Positions 29,465-38,008 of a stretch of DNA of 64,000 bases are shown here, piece by piece. Source of the DNA: Longimicrobiales bacterium (lineage in GTDB: Bacteria; Gemmatimonadota; Gemmatimonadetes; Longimicrobiales; Gaopeijiaceae); NCBI GenBank assembly GCA_965248195.1, contig CBDFIQ010000002.1:3008001-3072000 (forward strand). Direction: 5' to 3'. Under the pieces are notes generated by a model. That model did not search any database and had not been told where the DNA came from. It was given only the letters and a program-made list of their open reading frames with translations. Each line of letters opens with the position of its first letter. Position 1 is the first letter of the stretch. Position numbers and translations under genes: made by a program.

Positions 29465-30201
29465 TCCCCCGCCCACTCTTTCACCTCCTCCGCCGTCATG
29501 TGAAGCCTGGGTGACCGAACTCCCCCGGCCGTGCCATCGGCGGCCGGACGCCCGTATTCGCTACGCAGCCAATTGCGGAACGCCGCGTCCCAGTCGATCT
29601 GCACCCGGCCGTTCGACAGCGCATGGTCGCGGAACCTCACGGCCTCCAACGCCAGGTCTCGGCCCTCAGCGATCTCCGCATGGGCGGCGTTCGGTTCCCA
29701 ACCATCGGGTATCGGCCCTTTTCTTTTTGCCCCCCGATAGGGGGGTTTTTCTTTTTTGTCCCTGTCGGGGGTCACGTGACGGGTCACACCCATGTCACGC
29801 CCTGTCACGGGGGTGTCACGCGTGACATCCGTGACATCCGTGACATTACCGTGACCCTCCTTCTGCTGCCGTTCCCGCTCCCGCTGCCGAGCCTTGCGCT
29901 CAGAGGCGGTGGAATCCGGCTCCTGATACTCTTCCCAATTGACGACGATCAGGAGCTCACCGTCGATCCGCAGTGCCCCGTTTTGGAGAGCCGCGTCCAT
30001 CAACTCGACCACCGCCTGGCGTGTCACCCGCCATCGGCGTGCAAGTGTGCCCCGGTCGGGTATTTTGCATTGGCCCTTCTTTCCCCGGAGCTTTACCCAG
30101 CACAAGAGGCGGGGCCAACACCCCGCTGCCTGGCCGTCCAGTGCATCGATCCATCCGCTCTCGTCCCACTCAACATCGAGCCGTATCCATCGGCTCGTCA
30201 T
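29461..30201 (-). CDS. Phage replication initiator (O-like, DnaT-like C-terminus)
   Basis: WIRLD N-terminus, NWEEYQ..ERKARQRER, IPDGWEP...FRDH...DWDAAFRNW; contains iterons. Confidence 0.75.
   Translation of the reverse strand: MTSRWIRLDVEWDESGWIDALDGQAAGCWPRLLCWVKLRGKKGQCKIPDRGTLARRWRVTRQAVVELMDAALQNGALRIDGELLIVVNWEEYQEPDSTASERKARQRERERQQKEGHGNVTDVTDVTRDTPVTGRDMGVTRHVTPDRDKKEKPPYRGAKRKGPIPDGWEPNAAHAEIAEGRDLALEAVRFRDHALSNGRVQIDWDAAFRNWLRSEYGRPAADGTAGGVRSPRLHMTAEEVKEWAGE
29771..29856. repeat. Iteron cluster, putative phage replication origin
   Basis: Five GTCAC and five GTGAC around the palindrome tgtcacgcgtgaca; T-rich tracts at 29719-29759. Confidence 0.75.
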
Positions 30202-30590
30202 CGAACTCTCTCCCATCTCTTGGGCGCTCGCCCGCCCTCGCCTCGCTCCCCGCCGTTGAGCTTCGTGATCTCGACGTACAGACACCCGATGGCGAGCGCC
30301 AAAAGCAGTACGTCGCCACCGTCGCGGGCGTAGTGTGACGTTTTCATCTTGAACCCCGTACCCGCAGCTTCCGCGGCCGCAGGGGCCCCTCCGGCTCCTG
30401 CCACTCTCCACCCTCCAGCAGCTCCAGCGCCCGCCCCGCGATCGCCTCGAAATGCCCTGCACGGTGCCCTGAGATCCCGCATCGCTTCTAGCCGCTCCAT
30501 CAACTCGTCATGCGTCCCGTGCGGACAGCCCGTCAGCAGCCGCCGCGCTATACGCTCTAGCTCGCGTGGCACCAGAGGCTGATGGCTCAT

Positions 30591-31100
30591 TCACTCGCTC
30601 CCCTTCGGCAGCAACCATAGCGCACCGCTTCCGGGTTGCAGCGACATCCGACGCGCCACCAGCTCGGCCATCGTGACCACCTCGTCGGATCCATCGTCCC
30701 ACACTTCCACGTTCGCCATGAACGCGCCCGCGATGTCGAACAGGCCCGTCTCTACCGCGAGCAGTGCCTGCTCCACGAAGTCCCTCAGCTGACGCCACGC
30801 GATCCGGTAGGCTAGCTCCTCCTCGACGCACTTCTCGTATTCCAACCGATTGCGCCTCATCCGGTCGGAGTAGGGCTTCTTCTGTAGTATGATCTCGGCC
30901 ACTCTCTCCACTCGCGCCCCCAGGCGAACCGGCACCTCCCCGTGTTCGGTCTGGATCGCGAAGCGGACACCCCGCAGGCCGTGATTTCCCCATATCATCT
31001 CGAAGCGGGTCCCTCCATACGCTCTGACGAGCTGCATGATCTCCGCCGCGCTCTGCTCAGGCTCGACCGTGGTGGATTCGTACTTGATCGCCTGGCTCAT
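30591..31100 (-). CDS. Hypothetical phage protein
   Basis: ATGA-coupled to the methyltransferase; YESTTVEPEQSAAEI...AWRQLRDFVEQAL. Confidence 0.65.
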   Translation of the reverse strand: MSQAIKYESTTVEPEQSAAEIMQLVRAYGGTRFEMIWGNHGLRGVRFAIQTEHGEVPVRLGARVERVAEIILQKKPYSDRMRRNRLEYEKCVEEELAYRIAWRQLRDFVEQALLAVETGLFDIAGAFMANVEVWDDGSDEVVTMAELVARRMSLQPGSGALWLLPKGSE

Positions 31101-32413
31101 GGAAAGCGCCTCCCGATCCACTCGATCACGTGCACCGTCACCGCATTCCCCATCATCCTGTAGCGTGGGCCGTCCGCGAGTCCTTCCGTCCAACCGTCAG
31201 GGAAGCCTTGTAGTCGTTCGCATTCGGTTGGGGTCAGCCGGCGGGGTACGGCAGCCAGGACGGCACCAGCACCTACGCCAGCCCTACCACCATTGGGAGT
31301 GAGTAGGGCGTTCGCCTTGCCATCATCACCGAGTTCGGCCTGGGGTGTGCCGTTACGACCACGCACGGCCAGACTTTGCGGCTCCAGCGGAACCACGCCC
31401 GCTGTGTCACCCTGCCCGTTGAGCGTGTTCGCGTAGTCGGCCTCCTCCCATCTGACGATCGGCGTGTTGTCCGGCCCGTCTCCCGCGCCTTGGTCCCTAC
31501 CGCCTACGTGGAGCGTGTCAGCGACTAGATTGCCACCATGGCAATCCGAAGTCGGCCCCTTCTGCTCCCGCGCCGTGATCGGGTGAGCCACCCCGTGCTG
31601 GTGCCCAGCCTGGAGCGAGTACATGGGGTCATCGGGGTCACCAATGCCGATTCCCGCCCGTGGGTCATCGGTGCTCTTGCCTGTCCGTGCACCCACTTCT
31701 TGGAGCGGGTAGGCCCCGTGATTGTCTAGGTCGTTTCGTTGTCCGCCCTCGCCGCCAGCGCGCCCGCCAATGCTTCCGGCAACCTCTTTCTCCGTCGTTC
31801 GGCTCGGCGCAAAATCCCCGAACACGCCTTCGGGCTCAAGAAGTATTTCGGGGGGACAGAGTCCTCCAGCACGTCCGACAATGAACACACGACGGCGGCG
31901 CTGGGCCACTCCGAAAAACTGTGAGTCACACACGCGCCACGAGACACCGCGACTGGGTCCGATGGCGAACCCAGCGTTGCGCCACCCGCCTTCTGGGACG
32001 GCTGGCCGCCATCCTGTGAATCCCTCCAGGCATACGGCGAAATCTTCGCCTTGCTCGGAAGACAACAGACCAGGGACGTTCTCAAAGAGAACCCAACGGG
32101 GAGCGAGCTCATCAAGGATGCGTATTGCCTCGAGGAACAGCCCGGATTGGTCGTCAGCCAGGCCCTTACGCTTTCCAGCCACACTGAGACCCTGGCAAGG
32201 GCTTCCGAAGGTGATGCAGTCCACGGGAGAGAGATTTGCGACTCCGACATTCCTCACGTCCTCATATTTTGGGACATCCGGCCAATGGTGTCGAAGCACT
32301 TGGCGGCACTGCTTGTCGATTTCCACCTGCCATGCGCACGTCCAGCCCGCACGGTCCATTCCGAGGTCAAACCCGCCCACGCCAGAGAATAGCGAACCGT
32401 AGGTGGGCGTCAT
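31097..32413 (-). CDS. DNA (cytosine-5)-methyltransferase with long variable region
   Basis: SLFSGVGG (I), GSPCQGLS (IV), FENVPG (VI), QRRRRVFIVG (VIII), RRLTPTECERLQGFP (IX), GNAVTV (X). Confidence 0.93.
   Translation of the reverse strand: MTPTYGSLFSGVGGFDLGMDRAGWTCAWQVEIDKQCRQVLRHHWPDVPKYEDVRNVGVANLSPVDCITFGSPCQGLSVAGKRKGLADDQSGLFLEAIRILDELAPRWVLFENVPGLLSSEQGEDFAVCLEGFTGWRPAVPEGGWRNAGFAIGPSRGVSWRVCDSQFFGVAQRRRRVFIVGRAGGLCPPEILLEPEGVFGDFAPSRTTEKEVAGSIGGRAGGEGGQRNDLDNHGAYPLQEVGARTGKSTDDPRAGIGIGDPDDPMYSLQAGHQHGVAHPITAREQKGPTSDCHGGNLVADTLHVGGRDQGAGDGPDNTPIVRWEEADYANTLNGQGDTAGVVPLEPQSLAVRGRNGTPQAELGDDGKANALLTPNGGRAGVGAGAVLAAVPRRLTPTECERLQGFPDGWTEGLADGPRYRMMGNAVTVHVIEWIGRRFP
31726..32250 (-). 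CDS. Overprinted +1-frame ORF nested in the C5 methyltransferase (M.EcoHK31I beta-polypeptide-like)
   Basis: GAGGA 8 nt before the ATG; 174 aa; C-terminal CSLSDVLE..VPPKYFLSPKACSGILRRAERR.KRLPEAL. Confidence 0.65.
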   Translation of the reverse strand: MSESQISLPWTASPSEALARVSVWLESVRAWLTTNPGCSSRQYASLMSSLPVGFSLRTSLVCCLPSKAKISPYAWRDSQDGGQPSQKAGGATLGSPSDPVAVSRGACVTHSFSEWPSAAVVCSLSDVLEDSVPPKYFLSPKACSGILRRAERRRKRLPEALAGALAARADNETT

Positions 32414-33589
32414 GCGCTCACCCCCACGTTGGCGAACATCGGCGCGTCCTCGTGGATCCGGCGCTCGGCCATCTCCGCGTATTCGGGATTGAGTTCGATC
32501 AGGATTGCGTCACGGCCAAGACGATCCGCCACCAGGCCCACGGTGCCCGATCCCCCGAATGGATCGAGCACCGTGGCGGGGACGGGCTCGGTGTCGTGTT
32601 CGCACGACGGCTCCCAGCCTTTTGTGGTGCGATCGGATACTACACCCGGGGTGTTGCTGAAATGCCGGGCGACACCCTGAGATTCGAGCGTCCGGTCCTC
32701 CGTCTCGCGCTGAATCGCTTTCTGCCGCCGATAAGCCTCGGTGTCCTCCACTTGTCGCGCCCACGGCGCCCCGCACGCGGAGCAACAGCCCTTCTCGCTC
32801 GTGCCCGCCTTGATGCACGGCTCAACGAGCTTGGGCGGGAAGGTGGCGAAGTGGGCCTCGGAGAATGGATGCGTGGCAATCGTCCAGAGGTTACGGAGGT
32901 TGCGGCCACCACCGTTCCTTCCCTCGGCCGTTCGGATACCTCTGTGAGGCGGCAAAATCCCGCCAGACGGCTCGGGGCGGTGCAGGATGTTCCTTGGATG
33001 GTCAGTACCCGCATCCTCTTCTCGCACCGCCTCCGCATCGTAGAAATACCGTGCGCTCTTGGTGAGCAGGTAAACCTTCTCGTGTGTGCTTGTGGGCCGA
33101 TCCCTCACGCTCTCCGGCATCGGGTTCGGCTTGTGCCACACGATCTCGCTGCGCAGCCACCAGCCGTCCGCCTGGAGCGCCAAGGCGACGCGGGCGGGCA
33201 TCATCACGAGGTCCTTGGGCTTGAGGCCGGTTCGCTTGGCGCTTCCGATGTGGGTGCCTTTCGGCGCTGCACGGACTTGACCTGCGGAGAGCGTAGAAGT
33301 CTCGACGCCAGGATTGCCCCCTTGACTGGGCTCCCCATGAACCGGCGTAAGCATCTCCGTAGTTCAGCCAGAGCGTGCCGTCCTTGCGTAGCACTCGCCG
33401 CACCTCGCGGAACACGCGAACTAGGGCGTCCAGGTGCTCGCCAAACGTTGGCTCCAGCCCGATAGCACCCTGCACGCCGTAGTCACGAAGCCCCCAGTAC
33501 GGCGGGCTCGTCACGACGCAGTGCACGGACTCTTCCGGGAGGGTTCGCAGCCGGTCCAGGCAGTCGCCCACGAGGATCCGCACCCTCAT
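32410..33589 (-). pseudogene. Beta-class N4C/N6A DNA methyltransferase, frameshifted at a C5 tract (33317-33321)
   Basis: VVTSPPYWGLRDY, KPKDL, WHKPNPMPES, HFATFPP.L, VLDPFGGSGT, IELNPEY; one fewer C joins the halves. Confidence 0.88.
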
Positions 33590-33602
33590 CCGCTCGCTCT
33601 CC

Positions 33603-34403
33603 TCAGACACCGCACATCCCTTCGCACTCGTTGCTCCAGAGCGTCATCTGGCCGCGCTCCTCAGCCGTCGAAAGGTCCACTTCGTCGAGCGGGACACGGG
33701 ACACGTGGACGAAGCAGCTGTCGGAGCTGCCTTTCCGTATCGTGCGGTCGAACTCGACGGCCTCCCGCCAAGACTCAGGCTCGTTGTCTCTCAGGTCGCG
33801 CCACTCGACGTCCGAACGGTAAGGGCACGCCACGCACGCGGACCTAGCGAGCTCGCGGCCGGGATAGGCGCGTGCGAACCAGGAGAGGCAATCGGCCCGC
33901 GTCATGTGCTTCTCGACGAGCGGGTAGCGATTGAGCCACCAGGCATCGCGAGTCGGCTTCATGCGCTGCGCCTCGTCGATGGTGATGCCCATCCACTGCG
34001 TGGCCGTGACGCCCTCGGGCACGCGGCGACCCTTCGGGACGCCCAAGAGTTCGCGGACCTTCCGTTTGATCGGCGCGATCTTGTACTCGCGGGTGCATTG
34101 TCTCCGACCCATGCCGCCAGACGCCGTGAAGAGCGGCATTGAGGTGAAACGCCGCTTCCCACCGAGCCCGCCGCTCCGGATGTCGCCCGCCGTCACGCGA
34201 TGGATGGGCAGCTTGCCGTCCGTCAGGCGTTGGACCTCGCCTTCCAGCCACTCCAGGTGCTGGTAGACCCGGCGCGGCTCCCACTGTGTGTCGGCGAAGA
34301 CGGCGGCGGTGGGGAAGGGCTGGATCTCGCCCTTGGCGGCCATGAGAATCATGACGCTGGACTGCACACCTGCCCCAAGCGAGATCACGTGGAGGAGGCT
34401 CAT
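33603..34403 (-). CDS. PAPS-reductase / DndC-like PP-loop protein with cysteine motifs
   Basis: SLGAGVQSS, FADTQWEP, RRQCTREYKIAPI, GITIDE..R, YPL, SACVACPY, ECEGMCGV. Confidence 0.75.
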   Translation of the reverse strand: MSLLHVISLGAGVQSSVMILMAAKGEIQPFPTAAVFADTQWEPRRVYQHLEWLEGEVQRLTDGKLPIHRVTAGDIRSGGLGGKRRFTSMPLFTASGGMGRRQCTREYKIAPIKRKVRELLGVPKGRRVPEGVTATQWMGITIDEAQRMKPTRDAWWLNRYPLVEKHMTRADCLSWFARAYPGRELARSACVACPYRSDVEWRDLRDNEPESWREAVEFDRTIRKGSSDSCFVHVSRVPLDEVDLSTAEERGQMTLWSNECEGMCGV

Positions 34404-34441
34404 TTCTCGCGCACGTCGCCCACAAGGATCCGCACTTTCAT
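34400..34441 (-). pseudogene. 13-codon methyltransferase N-terminal stub MKVRILVGDVREK*
   Basis: 34415-34441 matches the methyltransferase start at 33563-33589 at 24/27 nt. Confidence 0.7.
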
Positions 34442-34830
34442 GGCGAGACCTCCATCAGCCAGGGCTGCCCCGCACGGAGTAGCTCTTCGAGCCGCGCCTC
34501 CACCTCCGGCCGCGACAGATCCTCACCGAGCGACCAGGCGTAGAAGCCAGCCACGTAGGGCCGGAACCATTCAGAGTGGGGGAGGAGGTACGCCTGATCC
34601 ATCCGGACGCGGCCCTGGATGGTGAGGTGGCACGCCTGGCAAAGCGCCGGAATGTTCCACCAACGGCAATTCGCCTTGTCGCCGTCGAGGTGATGCACCG
34701 TCAGCGTGCGGCCGATCCTGGGCGCGTGCGGATGTCCGCAGCGAACGCATCGCCAGTCGGCCTCGTCCTTCGTGGCCTTCGCGATCACTGGCCAGTCGGC
34801 GGGATATTCCCCACGGAAGCGGACGCTCAT
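34438..34830 (-). CDS. HNH endonuclease-like protein
   Basis: YPADW, CVRCG, LTVHHLDGDKANC..WN..ALCQACHL. Confidence 0.8.
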   Translation of the reverse strand: MSVRFRGEYPADWPVIAKATKDEADWRCVRCGHPHAPRIGRTLTVHHLDGDKANCRWWNIPALCQACHLTIQGRVRMDQAYLLPHSEWFRPYVAGFYAWSLGEDLSRPEVEARLEELLRAGQPWLMEVSP

Positions 34831-35073
34831 GCGCCCACCCCCCGCTGGCTCCTTGGCCACTCGGCGCCCGCGTCGTCGAAGATCCGGTCTAGGAGCTCCC
34901 GACAGGGGTCCGGGGCGGACCTACGCCAATGTGAGGCGTTGTGAAAACCGTTGACAAAGGTACCGACTTTCGGGCGCGCTTCGGGCCTGCAACGACGCGA
35001 TCCGCTACCCCCGCTACCGTGCGTATTAGGCGTATCTGTGCGGTTTAACGGGTTCTGTGAGGGTTCTGCTGAC

Positions 35074-35280
35074 GAACGACACCATCTCCTCCACGTTCTG
35101 GATCGGAATCGCGACGTGATCGAGAGGCCCAATCCCTGATTCCTGCGTCGCGCCCGCGGCTTCTCGACCGGTAAGCGCGCTCGATGCCGAGACCGCCGCA
35201 CCCGCGGCGAGCACCTGCTTGATGAAGGAGCGACGGGGATTGCACTGTTTCGGGATCGAGCCCGTTTTCGAGCTGCTCAT
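35074..35280 (-). pseudogene. Tat-exported VOC/glyoxalase-family gene truncated at the right prophage junction
   Basis: PRRSFIK Tat signal; LDHVAIP..NVEEMVSF VOC start, then unrelated sequence. Confidence 0.65.
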
Positions 35281-35476
35281 GGTGTCCCCCTGATGGTGAA
35301 CCGTGACAACAGGCCAGCCGGTTTTTCTACCAGACACGCACCGATCGTAACATAACGTCTGCTTTGCGAGAGTGAGCTTTTGTGCGATGGGCCCCGCGCA
35401 GCATGGATGACATCGCATCTCAAGTTACGGTGCCTTCGGCTTCCCCGTCGACTCGGTCTCGTCGCACATCTAGTTC

Positions 35477-35504
35477 TTGACAGATCGGTCTGAAACTATA
35501 TCTT
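35477..35504 (+). promoter_or_regulatory. Sigma70 promoter with an overlapping TetR operator; second operator near 36116-36131
   Basis: TTGACA-16 bp-TATCTT just before the tetR ATG; core agaccgatct shared with the site upstream of the SDR gene. Confidence 0.65.
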
Positions 35505-35511
35505 CTCTTTT

Positions 35512-36093
35512 ATGATAGGCAGACCCAGAGAGTTCGAGCGTGACGACGCGCTGGACAAAGCCATGCAGCTTTTCTGGTCGCAGGGGTACGAGGCGACCGG
35601 CGTGGCCGACCTGTGCTCGCACATGCGCTTGGGTAGGCAGAGCCTCTACAACACCTTCGGCGACAAGGAGTCGCTCTTCATCGAGGCCCTTCATCACTAC
35701 CGGAAAACCCGACTACAGCCGATGGTGGAGACGTTGCGGAGATCGGGCTCAGGGCTCCAGAACGTGAGGAGGATCCTCGATGGCTGGGAAACGGCGGGCG
35801 CACAGATGGCGCAGCGAGGGTGTCTGATGGCCAACTCGATCGCCGAGTTCGGGATGCGAGACACTCGGTTCTCCGCCGTGCTCGGACAGATGCTGGGCGA
35901 GATGGAAGACGCTTTCACCCACGCGCTCGAGAAGGCGCGAGCCGACGGGGAGCTTCCACCGGGGCGCGATCCGCGGACCCTGGCCCGGCTTTTCACGACC
36001 CTGGGCCAGGGCCTGTCCACCGTGGGCAAGCTCGATCCCACGGGGGCGTTTCAGCGCGACGCGGTGGCGTCCGCCCGCATGTTGCTGGCGTAG
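35512..36093 (+). CDS. TetR/AcrR-family regulator (NemR/ComR-like)
   Basis: GRPREF..ALDKAMQLFWSQGYEAT...SLYNTFGDKESLF; RGCLMAN. Confidence 0.92.
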   Translation: MIGRPREFERDDALDKAMQLFWSQGYEATGVADLCSHMRLGRQSLYNTFGDKESLFIEALHHYRKTRLQPMVETLRRSGSGLQNVRRILDGWETAGAQMAQRGCLMANSIAEFGMRDTRFSAVLGQMLGEMEDAFTHALEKARADGELPPGRDPRTLARLFTTLGQGLSTVGKLDPTGAFQRDAVASARMLLA

Positions 36094-36148
36094 GGGATTG
36101 TTTTTTTGATTCATTCTAGACCGATCTTTCCATAAAGGAGACACAACG

Positions 36149-36901
36149 ATGAGCGAGAGACTTGCAGGAAAAGTGGCGGTGATCACGGGTGGCAACAGCG
36201 GGATCGGCCTCGCGACGGCTCGGAGCTTCGCGAGCGAAGGAGCGAAGGTCGCGATCCTGGGGCGAGACCCGACGACCCTCGAAGCGGCCGTCTCCGAGTT
36301 GGGTGACGCGGCCATCGGGGTCGTGGGCGACGTGCAGAACCTTCAGGACATCGACCGTTTCTATGAGACGGTCAAGCAGGACTTCGGCTCGATCGACTTC
36401 CTGTTCGTGAACGCGGGTGTGGCCAAAATGCGGCCGGTCGAAGCGGTGGACGAGGAGCACTTCGACGAGCTCTTCGCCGTGAACGTGAAGGGAGCCTTTT
36501 TCACCGTGCAAAAGGCACTGCCCCTCATGAACCACGGGGGTGCGATCGTGCTCAACACCTCGATCGCGAACCAGACCGACAACCCGACCATGAGCGTGTA
36601 TTCCGCGAGCAAAGCGGCGCTCCGTTCCCTGGCCAGGACTTTGGCGGCCGAGCTCGTCGAGCGCGGGATTCGTGTGAACGCCGTGAGCCCCGGCCCCATC
36701 GAGACGCCCATCTACGGCCGTCTGGATCTCCCCCCGGAGGCACAGGAGGAGATGGCTGCGTCCTTCACCGAGCGGGTTCCGCTGAAGCGCTTCGGTTCCG
36801 CCGAGGAGGTCGCCAACGCCGTGCTGTTCCTCTCCAGCCCCGAGTCGTCGTTCGTGCTCGGCCACGAGCTCGTCGTCGACGGCGGAATGACTCAACTCTA
36901 A
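36149..36901 (+). CDS. Short-chain dehydrogenase/reductase
   Basis: TGGNSGIG, VNAG, YSASK, IRVNAVSPG, VDGG. Confidence 0.95.
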   Translation: MSERLAGKVAVITGGNSGIGLATARSFASEGAKVAILGRDPTTLEAAVSELGDAAIGVVGDVQNLQDIDRFYETVKQDFGSIDFLFVNAGVAKMRPVEAVDEEHFDELFAVNVKGAFFTVQKALPLMNHGGAIVLNTSIANQTDNPTMSVYSASKAALRSLARTLAAELVERGIRVNAVSPGPIETPIYGRLDLPPEAQEEMAASFTERVPLKRFGSAEEVANAVLFLSSPESSFVLGHELVVDGGMTQL

Positions 36902-37006
36902 CCGTAACTCACACTAACCATTCGAGGTGATAGATCATGCATCACGTACACGTAGACCGAGTGATTGACCAGCCGGCCGACGCGGCACAGGCAAAGGAGT
37001 ATTCTC

Positions 37007-37375
37007 ATGGATGACCATTTCCACCAGCTGGAACGACCGGACGGACGCGTGACGGCCCGGTTGGGTGACGAGGTCCTGGCTCGGTCTGAGCGGACGATCC
37101 TCCTGAAGGAGTTTGCACACGGGAGAACGCTCGATCCGGTCTATTACTTCCCACCCGAAGACGTAGCCGTGGACAGGCTCAGGCCGACCGAGACCCGAAC
37201 GTACTGCCCCATCAAGGGGGATGCGTCGTACTGGACGTACTCGGGCGACGCAGGTGCCGAGGAGGATCTCGTCTGGGGGTACCCCGAGCCCATCGACGAC
37301 TCCAGGCATATTGCGGGCCGCATGGCGTTCGATGCGCGGAGGGTGAGCTTCGAAGTGGAGGCACTCGACGCCTGA
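37007..37375 (+). CDS. DUF427 domain protein
   Basis: VYYFPPEDV, TYCPIKGDASYW, WGYPEP. Confidence 0.85.
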   Translation: MDDHFHQLERPDGRVTARLGDEVLARSERTILLKEFAHGRTLDPVYYFPPEDVAVDRLRPTETRTYCPIKGDASYWTYSGDAGAEEDLVWGYPEPIDDSRHIAGRMAFDARRVSFEVEALDA

Positions 37376-37502
37376 CGTCGTGCACCTCCGCCCGTGAAGG
37401 CCCCGCTCGACCCTCAGGGTCGGGCGGGGCATTACAGAATCGGCATTCGGATGGTAGAAGTCACCTTGCCGCCGCACCCGACTCGAACGCATCTTCCCCG
37501 CC

Positions 37503-37940
37503 ATGTTCGAACGTCCCCTCGAGCGCTTCATGCGCCCGATCACCCGCCTGACTGCTGCCCGGCTCTCCTTCGTTGCTTTGTTGCTGTTGTTGGTTCTCGT
37601 GGTGTTGAGCAGAGCCGCCTCCGACGCGCCTCGCCCCATAAACGCCGCCGAAAGCGCCGCCAACGAGCAGCTGACTGACCCGACGGCCGGGGTGGACCGG
37701 GACTCCGCACGGCAGGCCCTCGATGGGACGGTGGCGCGGACTCCGGCGGAGACCAGCGAGCTGCCTCTGGCCACCGGCTGCTTTCGGTCGGGGAGTTCCC
37801 GCGACGAGGTTCGCGCGGTCATGGGAGCGCCGGACACCGTCGTGTTCGGAGCCTGGGAGTACGGGCAGTCCAGTGTGACTTTCGGGTATGGGGTAGTCTT
37901 GGACTACTCGAACCAGGGCGGCAACCTGAGACTCTGCTGA
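37503..37940 (+). CDS. Hypothetical membrane-anchored protein (SmpA/BamE-like C-terminus)
   Basis: TM segment; GSSRDEVRAVMGAPD...WEYG.S.VTF. Confidence 0.55.
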   Translation: MFERPLERFMRPITRLTAARLSFVALLLLLVLVVLSRAASDAPRPINAAESAANEQLTDPTAGVDRDSARQALDGTVARTPAETSELPLATGCFRSGSSRDEVRAVMGAPDTVVFGAWEYGQSSVTFGYGVVLDYSNQGGNLRLC

Positions 37941-38008
37941 GAAGGCACGCGACGTTACGTGGGCGGGTGATGGGGGCACCGAGGCTCGCACCAGTCGAGT
38001 CGAATCCG

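Larger units (their letters stand above)
13490..35075. mobile_element. Defective mosaic prophage remnant (at least two phage genomes)
   Basis: Endolysin, two TerL, two TerS, two portals, head morphogenesis protein, primase-helicase, methyltransferases, HNHs; both ends truncate host genes; no integrase, capsid or tail recognised; boundaries approximate. Confidence 0.9.

Noticed and set aside
32236..33465. Long antisense ORFs (this one, 664-1482, 2011-3126, 17008-17889, 43240-44181 and similar)
   Set aside because: Shadow frames of real genes in high-GC DNA with no family motifs, unlike the two same-strand nested methyltransferase ORFs
33603..34403. Complete Dnd/Ssp phosphorothioation system or a true cysH
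   Set aside because: No partner genes (desulfurase, DndD/E, cys operon) are present; only the fold-level resemblance is kept
26355..34830. Restriction-modification system (methyltransferases with HNH nucleases)
   Set aside because: The HNH proteins are small phage-type ORFs; the context fits orphan phage methyltransferases
13480..35080. attL/attR direct repeats and an integrase for the prophage
   Set aside because: I found no shared core at the two junctions, they interrupt unrelated genes, and no recombinase ORF was recognised
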